A stretch of DNA of 25,233 bases, taken from assembly GCA_030141605.1 (NCBI GenBank), contig JAQGDQ010001437.1, positions 1 through 25,233 on the forward strand, given 5' to 3'. Shown here piece by piece: positions 1-11,700 of this stretch. The position numbers and the translations under genes were made by a program. The notes under the pieces are model-generated. The model was not told the origin of the DNA and made no database searches. It was given only the letters and a program-made list of their open reading frames with translations. Position 1 is the stretch's first letter. Each line of letters begins with the position of its first letter. Origin of the DNA: Tubiluchus corallicola (taxonomy: Eukaryota > Animalia > Priapulida).

Positions 1-3
1 CCT

Positions 4-217
4 ATAATCTTATTAAAATCAGCAGTGATGTCTTTGTCGTATTACGATCTTGTGCGGTTTCAGGTATGCCGTCTGCCGCACACATTGTCGCACTCAATGC
101 CAAACACTTAATAATCTTATTAAAATCACCAGTGATGTCTTTGTCGTATTACGATCTTGTGCGGTTTCAGGTATGCTATCTGCCGCACACATCGTCGCAC
201 TCAACGCCAAACACTTA
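4..217 (+). repeat. 107-bp tandem duplication (4-110, 111-217) spanning the FAK final intron/exon junction
   Basis: ataatcttattaaaatca...tttcaggtatgc...gccaaacactta occurs twice, with about 5 substitutions. Confidence 0.95.
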
Positions 218-364
218 CTGGATGCCGTCGATAATGCCAGGCTGTTCAAGAAAGACGTGGATAGTTCGCAGCGGTCTCACCTGCCGCCACCAGGTGGCAG
301 CAAAGCAGAAAAGGACGAGTCGGAAATATTGGGTGCTGTTGCTGCAGCTAAAATTGCAAGCTGA
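171..364 (+). CDS. PTK2: Terminal coding exon of focal adhesion kinase (FAK/PTK2 family, C-terminal helix of FAT domain); rest of gene lies upstream of the window
   Basis: tttcag acceptor at 165-170, then GT (phase 1) and MLSAAHIVALNAKHLLDAVDNARL. This closely matches the recalled last FAT helix of FAK (MLTAAHALAVDAKNLLDVIDQARL). Stop TGA at 362-364. Confidence 0.85.
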
Positions 365-2039
365 TTTGACGACACTGAATTATTGCATCGTCTTTGTGTT
401 ATTTGTTTTTAATTTATACATGGTTTGTTTATTGTTTACTTGTTTGTTCTGGAGGATGATTATCCTCCCGTATTACACTGGATACTGGTGCAAATGATTT
501 TTAGTCAAGTGTTAATAGACTGTACGTTGAAATACTGAAATTAGTTAGCCAGATTGTAAAGTACTACTTTTTACTGCAGTTTTGTTAAATAATGTTGCGA
601 AAAGTCAAATGTTTGAACAAGTACAAAGGACACATGACAAAACATGAAGTTTCAGTTGTATTTCTTGCTGCTTTATAAACACACGTCTAGTCTTTGGCAA
701 ATACAGGTGATTATGAGTCTCCTCTTAGCGAAAAAGGAATACTATAATAAGACGTTTCACAGTTTTGTTGTGTGCACGCTGAGTTGGTGTACGCTCAAAG
801 GTTAAGTGTACCACAGCAATGCATCTTAACTACCACCGTCACGTGACGTGTGGGTAAAACAAAGCCATCTGCCTCATCAGTTTAGTAACGTCAGTTGTTT
901 TACGTGGACTTTACTTAATTATGGATTAGACTGCGTAGAGTAATTTACTAGCAGGACCTTGCTTGGAAACAAGAAAACATTAACTAGGTAAGGTTCTAGC
1001 TAGCTGTTAAAACTGCTAATATTACAACAGCATGGGCTGCGAGGCGTTGTCTGGTACACTTAAGCTTTGATCTTTTCACGTTCATCATCAATCAATAATA
1101 ATGAAGTCTTGACATGACATACATTTATGAAAAATGGTGTATATAGATTCTTAATTATTTATGTATGGCATGCGGGCTTAGCTACTAAATAGTTGTTTTT
1201 TCGTCATCCATGCCTGGATAAATCTGAAGTTTCAACTCGGGAATTGAATCAGAGACCTGTAGAATTCCAGATACTTGTGCTGATAGATGCAGATTTTTCT
1301 GCATCAAACAGATGCGAGCTGGTAGTACTTCACCGTGTTGATAGAAGCCACCGTGTTCTATATAATAACTTTATTAGCATTGTTTACATACTGGTGGTGC
1401 CACCTGGAAAAATTAGTATTGAGCTAACAGACGATAGAGTACCTTTAATATCATTAGTTTAATTCAGGCAGGTCGCTCACAGGTATGACTGCATCATTGC
1501 TAAAATGGTTGACGCCACAATAATTTGATTTTAAAGCTGACAATATCATAAATAATTGTGATATTTCTAAATGCAGTTTTCATCTAACTGTGACATGTGA
1601 CGTTTGTTTTCGCTACAAAAATTATTAAGAAATACAGTTAATGCAGTGTATAACATTGTGATCAACCAACTTGATTGATAATAGTACTGAGTTAGTTTGC
1701 TGTTGAATCTTATTACTGTTAGTGGCGTAGATGTAGTAAATCATACCATGTAGAAAAGATTGTGTTTGCAACTTCGTGTTTGTTGTTGAAAATTTTAGAG
1801 ACTAAATTTTGCTGTAAATACCTGAATGGTTTGTTTACCTAAAATTGAGCTACTTTAACAGGGACTTAAATAATAATAATAATAATAGTGTGATAGCAGC
1901 AAGTTGATTTTAATAATGCTATTTAAGGTTAAGTAAGCGTTTTTAGTGATATGTGCTTTTTTGTGTGACAATTTCTAGAATTTTGCACTTGACCTTTTAA
2001 TGTTGTATTGTATTATGTCTCGCCTGCGTATAATCACAG

Positions 2040-2564
2040 CAGTGGCGGCTCATAGCTAAAATTAGTGGGGGTGCTGCAAAATTAAAAAATTTTTAGCCAT
2101 TGTTTTAATACTGTGTATAACGAAACCAACATATATAGTTATAATGTTGTAATTGTAATTTTAAGTAAACAAACTAATTTAAACATAACGTTGATAAACT
2201 CCTAAACAAAAATATCGTTTTCTTATGAATAGCCTAAATTGTCGCAGCTCAATAATATGCTGATACACGGCTTTTAAGCACGTGACAACTGACAACACGT
2301 ACTACAGTGAGCGACAGTACTCTTTCTACATAAAGTACAGCGTCTTATCTCAGACATGTGAACCTGGCCGCATGCGCACAACAGCTAAACACTGCATTGC
2401 TTGAGCTGTGAAGCAAACTGTACTTTCCTCACTTGCTCCGGTGCCACACAAGTATAAAGAAAGAACTAAAGGAAAAAAGATTATTCTATTGAATATTTTC
2501 GATAATAACGAGTGAAAACAGGGGGTGCTGCAGTACCACAGTACCTATACATGAGCTGCCACTG
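2040..2564. mobile_element. Non-autonomous hAT-type MITE (~525 bp)
   Basis: 14-bp TIRs CAGTGGCGGCTCAT (2040-2053) and ATGAGCTGCCACTG (2551-2564), 1 mismatch. 8-bp TSD aatcacag (2032-2039) / aatctcag (2565-2572). Subterminal GGGGGTGCTGCA at 2067 and 2521. Confidence 0.85.
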
Positions 2565-3021
2565 AATCTCAGCCATTATGAATAATAATAATATACTGTG
2601 TCACGTTTAGGCTTCACTGAAACTGTACATAGTTTTCCAAGTGTGATAATTATTGCCTAAAAAGTAAAAATTATCAATTTATCCTGTTTTATAAACCTTT
2701 CTTTTTGCACAACTTCTGTTGTAGCAAGCCACAAGTACTTAAGAAAGTTATAAAGGCTAATAAACCAAAATTTTAACCAATAATGTTTTTTTACACTAGA
2801 GACAGACAACCTAAGAATCTTAGCCAAATTACTCAGCTTTTTGTTCATTATTTGATTAATGATAATTGGAATGCCAGTAACTGTCATCAATCACTTCCCA
2901 AAGTTCGACTATGGTGCAGTTTTTTGGGGACAACAAGTGAAATGACGTCATTTATTGCCAGGCAGTCGGTCTGTAGTTGAGAATGGATGACATCTCTTTT
3001 TGTTAGTGTACTGGAAAATAA

Positions 3022-3182
3022 TGAAGCCAATGCACTGATGCCCTCATGCACATTGTTTAAAGGTGAAGCCAATGCACTGATGCCCTCGTGCACATTGTTT
3101 AAAGGTGAAGCCAATGCACTGATGCCTGCGTGCACATTGTTTAAAGATGAAGCCAATGCACTGATGCCCTCATGCACATTGT
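3022..3182. repeat. 42-bp minisatellite, ~3.8 copies
   Basis: Unit tgaagccaatgcactgatgccctcatgcacattgtttaaagg starts at 3022, 3064, 3106 and 3148. Confidence 0.95.
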
Positions 3183-4774
3183 GTTTACTTGCTGATTGAA
3201 AAATTATTGGAAAACAAACATCACGTACCTACATTGTATATTTATTGCTAGGAAGGAAGAAATCACTCTTTCAACTTTCTCCATTTTATCGCATAGGAAA
3301 CGTGATTAATTTGCTGATACTTAGATGAACTGTGAGCTAAATGGCAAATAAAGTTGAGCTTCACAGGCTGATTGTTTGTTACTGTAAACGAATTATTGAT
3401 ATTTTTTGTGAAAACCTTTCCAGCTACAGATGTTATTTTAATGAATTTATTTATTTAAAAAGTAGAACTAGTGACTTGTGAGTACAAATGCTGGATGTGT
3501 TGGCTTAGAGTAGATCAGGGCTGTTTTATTGTAATTCACATTTTCAGGAATAAGTTAATATTTGATATGAAAGAGCATCAGTAAATTAGTATTTAGGATT
3601 TTTAACTAAACATATTTAAGTACTTAAGTATTTAGATGAAATAGAGTGGGTTAGATTGTTTTCACATTAATTTTACCTACACAAATGGAAAGATGGTGAT
3701 AAATTAGACACCAGAATTCCTTGCATGTTAAATTATTAGCAAAATATTCCTCTATTTTGTAAAGACTCCATTATTTGTTATCTTGTACAGTGAAACTGTA
3801 ATATGCTTTTTATTGAAGAACAGCAATTTATTTAATAATAATAATAATGATGATGCCTCTAATTTAATAACTTGTTTTTTGCTAATTGCTTTGGCTACTG
3901 TTTATTTGTTAGTTTTGATTACCGTTACAAACCTTTAAATCTTTATTTTCCCACATATTGCAAAATCTGAATACAGTGTTCTGTAAATAGCCGAAATAAT
4001 TAAACACAAGGACAAAAATAGCAATAAATGTTTAGTGAGTCATATTGACAAAACTTCCAACAGCTCAGACATTTTAATGGAACTGTGAGACTGAAAGATA
4101 ATCAGCAAGTTAAATTTACTATCAATCAATTTATTAATAAAATTGTTGTACTTTATAACATAAGCATTATATGGATACAAGTATTAAATTTGCCATTGAC
4201 CCTTGGTCTAGCTGTCTAATACCCCCCCCCCCCCCCACTTGTCACATCAGCCGTCAGGCACTGCCAATATAACCATCACACTAAAGACAAGCACAAAGTT
4301 AAATTATTCTTAAAGTTTGAGAGCTGCTGGAATGCAATCCGTGGCGACAAAAAACTCAAATGACAATTATTTCAAGATAGACCATATTGCAATTGCTGTC
4401 ACTTCAGTTTTTTGCTTGGAAGTGGTGCTGACAAGCTACTGCATAGCAGTGTCTAGTTTTTGGCTGGATAAATACTGTGGTTACCTCTCTTGAGGGCACA
4501 TTTCTTTTACTTTAGAATTCAGCCTGTCCAGTGTCTACCATAGATGTAATGGGCATATGATGACGATGACGATGAATTTTATGGGAATTGCAATCTAGGA
4601 ATTGTCAAATTTCAAGAATAATTTAATCAACTGTCAGTTTAACTTGGTGATGTCTTTATTGTAATGGCGTTGTTGGCAACCGATAAATTCACATCAGTTC
4701 AGTAGTGAACCATAGTTACACAATTCTTGTGCTCTTAAAATGCATACTCCTTGCTCAAAACCTTCACTTTCATA

Positions 4775-5087
4775 CAGTCACTTGTTACAAAACCTAAGCC
4801 TTAATTTAAACACCGTAATTGTTTTTCTGGTCAGAGGTTGTTTTTACAAGTGACTGTTTTTCTACAATACAATGTCTGTTTTTCAGCAATGACTTATTGT
4901 ACTTTATCTGGGCTGGTGTTATAATGTGGTAAATTTATTCTGTAAAATAGACTTGGCGCGGTAGATACGTTGGTGGATGGTGGTAGGCAAGGTCAGTGGT
5001 ATTCCCTATACTTCAAATATTATTGAAATTGGGACAGAGCAAAAGTTGACATCATAAGGGGGGGGGCGGTATAATCAGGTTTGACTG
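4775..5087. mobile_element. Degenerate Tc1/mariner-pogo (Tigger-like) MITE
   Basis: TA|CAGTCA at 4773-4780 and TGACTG|TA at 5082-5089, i.e. TA target duplication with short inverted termini. Right end tataatcaggtttgactg is typical of this class. Left TIR is degraded beyond 6 bp. Confidence 0.45.
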
Positions 5088-6349
5088 TACATCACTGAGA
5101 ATACAGCAGTGCGCTACTCAGATGTATGAATTCACTAAGACGTAGCTGAAATGAAAGATCAATTTCAATAACTGCAAATGCGCCACACAACAAGCACATC
5201 ATTTATTTTACAAAAACTTGCTAATTTTTTCAGTATGTACAATTGGCAAACACCAAAGAAATTCTATGTGATGTTGATGATGTCCATATACAGATAGGCA
5301 CTGAGTTAAAATGCTAAATAATTTTCCACTGGAAAGAATCGCATGAAAGATCAAAAGTCACAGCAAGGTCACTGCAGTTAGTATTACAGATATGCAGATA
5401 CTAATGTTTACCCAAATTTTCTACAATAGTGCAGCCTTGTTTATAAATACAGTAGAGGCACTGAATTGATACAAATCATCTGATACAGGCCGCTGCTATT
5501 CAAATGTGTATAAACAGTGTGTCATCAATTGACTCAAATAACTCCACGTAATTGACTCAATATTTTTGCTTCTCGTACTTAAAGTAAGAAATTTGTGCGT
5601 GATGAAAGAGCTTTCACTACCTTTGTGTCATCTTTACTGCACTTTTGTGTACTATAAAGTACGTAGAAACAGTCACTTTAAGTACCGTTTTGTTTGTAAG
5701 CAAGTACATTAAGCAGGTGCGCTGATTTGCTAGAACAAATTTTTGCTTTCAACCAGTCACCCTGCAATTAATTTCATTGCCCAAGAATTTATGGAAGCTA
5801 AACTTTTAATCACTTGCCTAGCGATTTCCTTTTGAAGCTCTCGTTGCAAATCACACGACCCTTATACAGTTAACTGTTGCTGTTATATCACCTACGCAGC
5901 AGCCATAATCTGCTAGTGTTCTTTGCAACTCCATACAAGTGTAAATATCACAGAGCAACAAATAGCATACAGTTCATTTTGAAAAATAGAGTATAAGCAT
6001 AAAGATCTAATATTTAAAGCTGTCACAGCCTTTGCAGGGTATACTAAGTTGAACAGTGATGACTCATACGTATCTACTAGTAATAGGCCACCCCCATCGG
6101 CTAATAGGTTCAGTGGGTCAAAACATTTCCATCTGAAAGTGAGTCTATTAAGTGGCACCTATTGTAATTAAGAATAAAATTTAACGTCCAACGAGCACAA
6201 CAACCCATCAAGTAGGAAAGTATTAATAACATCAAAACAAATCCAAGTGGAAAATGTATAAATGCCTTAAATTAGTGTTAATGAAGGTTACCTGCCGGAA
6301 AGTGCTCTAAATGTGTGTTTTAAATTCGTTTACTGACTGGTGCTGACGT

Positions 6350-6355
6350 TTTATT
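6350..6355 (-). promoter_or_regulatory. Candidate poly(A) signal of CCDC25
   Basis: AATAAA on the minus strand, ~75 nt downstream of the stop codon. Confidence 0.4.
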
Positions 6356-6430
6356 TACCGAATGGTTTACAACCGATATTGCAACATTCGCTGCAAGAAC
6401 AACGTTCGATTCAAAATGGCTGCTACAATA

Positions 6431-6509
6431 TCACATGAAATCGTCTGAATCGTCGCCACTGTCTTGATTCGTGTTCATCGTAGCATTCTCGAATAAACTC
6501 TTATAAGAC
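6431..6509 (-). CDS. CCDC25: CCDC25 exon 7 ([25 protein letters not shown])
   Basis: ttgcag acceptor, TGA stop at 6433-6431, conserved D-D-F-M terminus. Confidence 0.95.
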
Positions 6510-8758
6510 CTGCAACATCAGAGTAATTTCATGAGTACAAGTGTAAACACGCTCAGTGCGGGTTAAAGGCAGGAGCACATTAACCAATAGGCTAACTAGG
6601 CTATAGCCCAGGGCACCAAAATTTGAAAGACGACACAGAAAAAAATTGTATTCTCCTCCGAAAATGTATATACCTTTCATGTCTATTAGAACACGAAATT
6701 TTTACTTTCCAGTGTTAAGAGTTAAGCATAAACACCTATGCCACCTATTGGCAACATGGACAAAAGATGCATTAGCTCTATTGTAACAATAAAGATTATT
6801 TTTCATGCAAACTGGTTTTCAAGCAATTTGACTGGACAAATGAAAAGTTTTACAAGGTTAACACAATGACAGTTTACAGTTGTGACACGTTAAGAGACCA
6901 ATGAAAAAGGCACTGAAAAACTAGGACACCAACAGAATTTGAACCAAGAACTTTCTGCTTTCGAGGCAAATGCTCTTATAGTTGTACCAATGGGCCAACT
7001 TAAAACAGCTGGTCTGAATTCTCGTCTTAGTAGCGTGCAATCAATCAGAGCCATCTATCCGCTACTATTGATATATCACAATATTTTGAACACACTCAAC
7101 TGTGGAACTAGACCGTAAGTCATTGTACCTTTCTATAGGGTATCTAATATGCAAGTTTTACATAAAACCAAACACAAACAACTACCTTAACTCTTTCTCT
7201 TTTTCCCGTCTTTCGGCTTCTTCCTGTTCTTTTTGCTTCTGCTCTCTTAGTAACTTTTTCTTGTCCTCCCTTTCACGCCTGTCCCTTTCTTCTCTTTCGG
7301 CCAATAAGTCGGGTTTTCTTTCCACTTTCGTCTTGTTTAGTCGATTAATGACGTCGTTAATTCGTCGCTCTACTCGAAACTTTCGTACCTGAAAATATCC
7401 GATTGTAACTTAAAAACAAGCAATGTCATATAGAAAAATATCAGAAATTTTAATAATAACTTTAATTTAATTTTATTTTGGGCATTGACAACTATAGCTT
7501 CTCTTGTGATTTTTAATAGTTTTTAGCCCTTTTCTCAGATCCATTTAGCTATATTTCTTATAGCTTTTTTAATATATTTACCTTATCATAAATCTTTGTT
7601 CTTGTTAACGGTGTTTTTTCTGTTGTCTCTTTACTAATTACCCGAAGTGCTTATCACGCCTTTATTATTAAATCCTTCTAACATTTTTCACGAACATTCA
7701 AATAAACCTAACTTCCTAAAAGGCTTGACCTTTCCTTTAACTACTCGGCAAAAGCAAAAAGAGAAATTCGTAGATTAGTGCTTACCTCTTTCTGCTTTCT
7801 AAAACCTACTTGTCCCACCTCCATGGCTTTGGTTTTTGAAAGATTAGACCACATGGTATAAACAACATCAATATCATTCATTTTGTTACCTGCAGTAAGA
7901 AAAATTCAAAACAAACATATTAACCTCGTGAAGTTCAAACAAATAATAGTTTTGAGGCTTACATACAGACTTATGTACAGACTTACATACAGACTTACAG
8001 GTAATAGTTGGTGTGTTTAGGCATCTGCTTTTCAATAATCTTAGTGTTTTGGTACTTAAACATCTACTGACATTGTTTTCTAAATACACTTTTAGGTGCA
8101 TTGTACAAAATTAACACAGATGTTCATGGTGTCACGTAGCGGTAACAAAACTAATGGAAAGATTTAACGTGCTTTAGAAGATTCTGGGCTAGATGATCTT
8201 TGTTTAATGACAGGAGAACACCACAAAGTAATCAAAAAGATCAACAACTTTTAATAACATGCATTTTGCATATTATTACTGGGTCTCTAACGATACACCG
8301 ATGCACAGATGTACTATTAAAATGCACCTGCATCGTGATAATCTGAATCATTTATATTTAGCACAAGCTTGACTGTCCGCTGATAAAAACTGTGTGAAAT
8401 AATTCAAGCTACAGCTATAGAATGTACTGTAGATATGTAACAATCAGTGCAGTGAATGCAGTATTAGCAGACTTGACACATACAGACCTGCTGCCAGCAG
8501 CTAAAGCAAAACGGTTGACAGCGCAATGTGTTTATAATGATCTATAGTAGGCTAATTATGCTTTTGCTTATATGTTTCTCAAAGCGCTTGCAGCAAATGT
8601 GGACTAAAAACACATCAGCATATTTTACATCAAAAGTATTGAAATGTTTTGCATTTCTGGTGGCTTAAAATACTTACATTGCAAGAGTATAAACAGAAAT
8701 TAAATAGTATGCTGGATTATTTAGCACTTAGTAATCTTAAAATTGTTTGATAAATCTA

Positions 8759-8791
<33 letters not shown>

Positions 8792-11700
8792 TTAGGCCAT
8801 ATATAAAATACCAACAGCTTAATCTAGTTTTTTATTAACCACTTCACTGCCTGTATGACGAGAATCTCCCGTCACGAAAATGGTATTCCGACTGGCCTAT
8901 ATGACCCTACCGTCATGCTTAATATGCAAATTAACTGACGCCTATGCCAGTATCAATAATACTTACACAGGCCATGTGCAATTGAGGAATCTAGCTTTGA
9001 AAACAAAAAGCGGTGGTGTCCTCTGTTGTCCAAAAAAGATGATATACAAGCTATGAAACATTCATGGCCAAACATGTGCAAAATGACGATGCGCCAGCTG
9101 GAATACAAATTGCACGGCAGTGAAGCGGTTAAAGCCTGCAAACATTAACTCAATGTGTATCGTGATACGTAACGTATCGTGACACAGGTGTATCATGACA
9201 GCCCTACAAATTACCTTTTATACTATTAGCTTTACAGAGCTGTGATGCATCTTCTAACACTTGGGTGGGAATGTCATCTAAGCATTCACCCTACAAAAAC
9301 AAATAAAATATTTACAAGGTGTCAGCGCAGTTTGTTAATTTAAGCAATGATTACATTGTGTAATTAATTAATAGATGTAAATAATTCAGCAAAACTCAGA
9401 TGGAGTAGAAATCCAGTGATGTAATTCAGAATTCTTTTCATCGAGTATCTTTTTCTGATAACACAAGCTTACTGTAATTAACATAGCTATTATACGAGGT
9501 TAAAGGACAATAAAAAGTTTTACTGACATAAGGGTAAAAGATTCGTCTTGAAATTTTGTATCATTTATATAACATCTTATTGCGGACAGAGCTTGCATTA
9601 GCAGTAACACTGTATAAAAATTGTAAACTTAAATTGCCACGATGACCGTTAGGTGGGGTCATTTTGACGGTAGGTCGCTTGAAACAAGTTTAGATAACAT
9701 TGCGTAAAGTTTGAAAAAATAATCAGTGCATTCGTAGGACACTCTTCACTAATTAAGTAAAAGTTTAAATTAGTTTATATTGTCAATATGATTAATAATA
9801 TGTTTTTGGAAGACTTTGTGGCACACATTGGGATATTGATGCAGTGTTGTTTTATAGGTATCCTGCTTTGATTCACTGCTTTGAGCCACCTGCCCAAAAA
9901 TCGTAATCAAATACCCAAACTCTTAAAGCACAAGAAAACCTCCACTTACATGAAGCTTAAAAATTTCGTCTTGAAATTTTATACCACTTACATACTGCCT
10001 TTTTGCATATTAGACTTGCGTCGGCAATAACACTGTATAAAACATGTAAATTTAATCTTCTGCGATGACCGTTAGACACTGCCATTTTGACGGCAGGTCA
10101 TTTGAAACAAGTTTAGATAACATTGTGTAAAGTTTGAAAAAATAATCAGTACATTCGTAGCGCACACGTCACTAAGTAAGTAAAATTTTAAATTACTGTA
10201 TCTTGTCAATAACATTAAAAATACGTTTTTTGGTTTGTGAGTGGTGCACCCTGGAGGGTGAGTCAACAACATTTTATCATTTGGTGAAACATTTTAATTT
10301 ACAAGAATTTTCCGTTCTAGTTACACAAGTCTTTCAAACAGGTCAGCATCATGCTAAGTCATATAACTCTGTATAGAAAGTTTATTGCGACGTACATAAA
10401 ATTGCCCTTTCTTCCCCCTTAATAAAGCCGATTCTTGATAATAGCTGAATGCAACTTACAAAGAATTTAGTTAGGATGCAAAACGGCAGAGAAATTGTTG
10501 ATTAACTTTGTACTTACCTGTCGAAGACGAAGGTAAACGTGAGCAGAAGATTCTTTGTCAACATGAAACCAGACGTCTTCATCCCAACCATATTTAATTA
10601 AATCTTCATCTAAAATAACCAAAATAATGGAAAACATGAGTATGTAGGAAAAACAGTGCTTTACCAGTATCTCAACTACTAAAAATGAAACTAAAATAAA
10701 AATAATAATAAAATATTAAGAGTAATAGTATATGATTAATAAAACTATGTATGTGTTTAAGGCAAACTGTTTATAATATACTTAATCAAAGTTATCATGT
10801 GATAGGTAAAAGTGCACTTATTTTGCTCACAATAATAGCTACTTTCTCCAGGTAATTACAATTTTACTTACCTATTAAAATTGAATTAATTTACCTTGTT
10901 GTAACTTAGTAATTACTTACACACCACATTTAAAAAAGTTTTAAACTACATTTTTTACTCCAGCTGAATAAATAAATCCTATACAATTTCATTAGAAATT
11001 CAAACTATACAAATATTTATATACATTTATGCAAAAAATAAGCCCTTATATTTTTAATGATGTGACACAAAGTGGTCAGCTTTGCTTAGACATATTAATT
11101 AAAAAGTTGTTTATTTCAATCATACAATAAAATGAAAACAACAAAATGACTTTACAAAGTACTTTTTACAATGTAATTAGTTAGTTATTACTGATTAAAC
11201 TAATGGTTAGTACTAACTAGGCAGCAACATACGTAAGTTAACGTAACCAATAATAATCACATACACACATTTTTAGTTTTGAACCAACTGAAAAGCAGCA
11301 GATTGGCCAAATTAATGAAAATTGTTTTTGAAAATTAAATTGTAGTATAGTCAGCCAAAAGACTAAAACTAACAAGCATCACTGCAGAAAGTAATAATCA
11401 AGTTTACTGACTGGGTTAACCTACTTAACGTATTTAGTTAGTGTAGTAGAAATATTGTAGAAAAAAAACCTCACTGAATTCATGAGCCATACTTACTTTC
11501 ATATTTGTCCTCTCCCATAAACAGAGTAACAGGTGGGTCAACAACTGCAACATAAATATCTCAGTTCAGCAATCTTTCAACAGTTTTCCACGATTTTTAA
11601 CGAGGTGCCATTTACGCAAAACTACAAAAATGGTAAACTGATGTAAGCATCAGCTAGTAGCACAGCTATGGCTGATTTTTCTTTTTGCCCAATAGATAGC

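Larger units (their letters stand above)
8280..9206. mobile_element. Older non-autonomous hAT-like element in CCDC25 intron 4 (hosts a nested piggyBac MITE)
   Basis: Right end ggtgtatcatgacagcccta (revcomp TAGGGCTGTCATGATACACC) vs left end tgggtctctaacgatacacc, 15/20 match. Subterminal gtatcgtga motifs. Degenerate 8-bp TSD attattac / caaattac. Confidence 0.55.

Noticed and set aside
838-847. GTCACGTGAC palindrome (CLEAR/E-box)
   Set aside because: Isolated motif downstream of the FAK stop with no promoter context.
2887-3199. Overlapping ORFs with 14-aa repeats
   Set aside because: Explained by the 42-bp minisatellite; no splice or domain support.
4222-4236. Poly-C run
   Set aside because: Simple homopolymer with no associated structure.
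5527-5562. Two AATTGACTCAA copies containing AP-1-like TGACTCA
   Set aside because: Short local duplication; not enough to call an enhancer.
6570-6725. Possible hAT left end and piggyBac-like right end fragments; similar single ends near 11843 and 17947
   Set aside because: No matching partner TIR or TSD found, so boundaries cannot be supported.
7102-7392. Ser/Phe/Leu-rich plus-strand ORF
   Set aside because: Antisense shadow of CCDC25 exon 6.
9500-10422. Kolobok-like TTAA|AGG start enclosing the 270-bp duplication
   Set aside because: No matching inverted terminus at the candidate right end.
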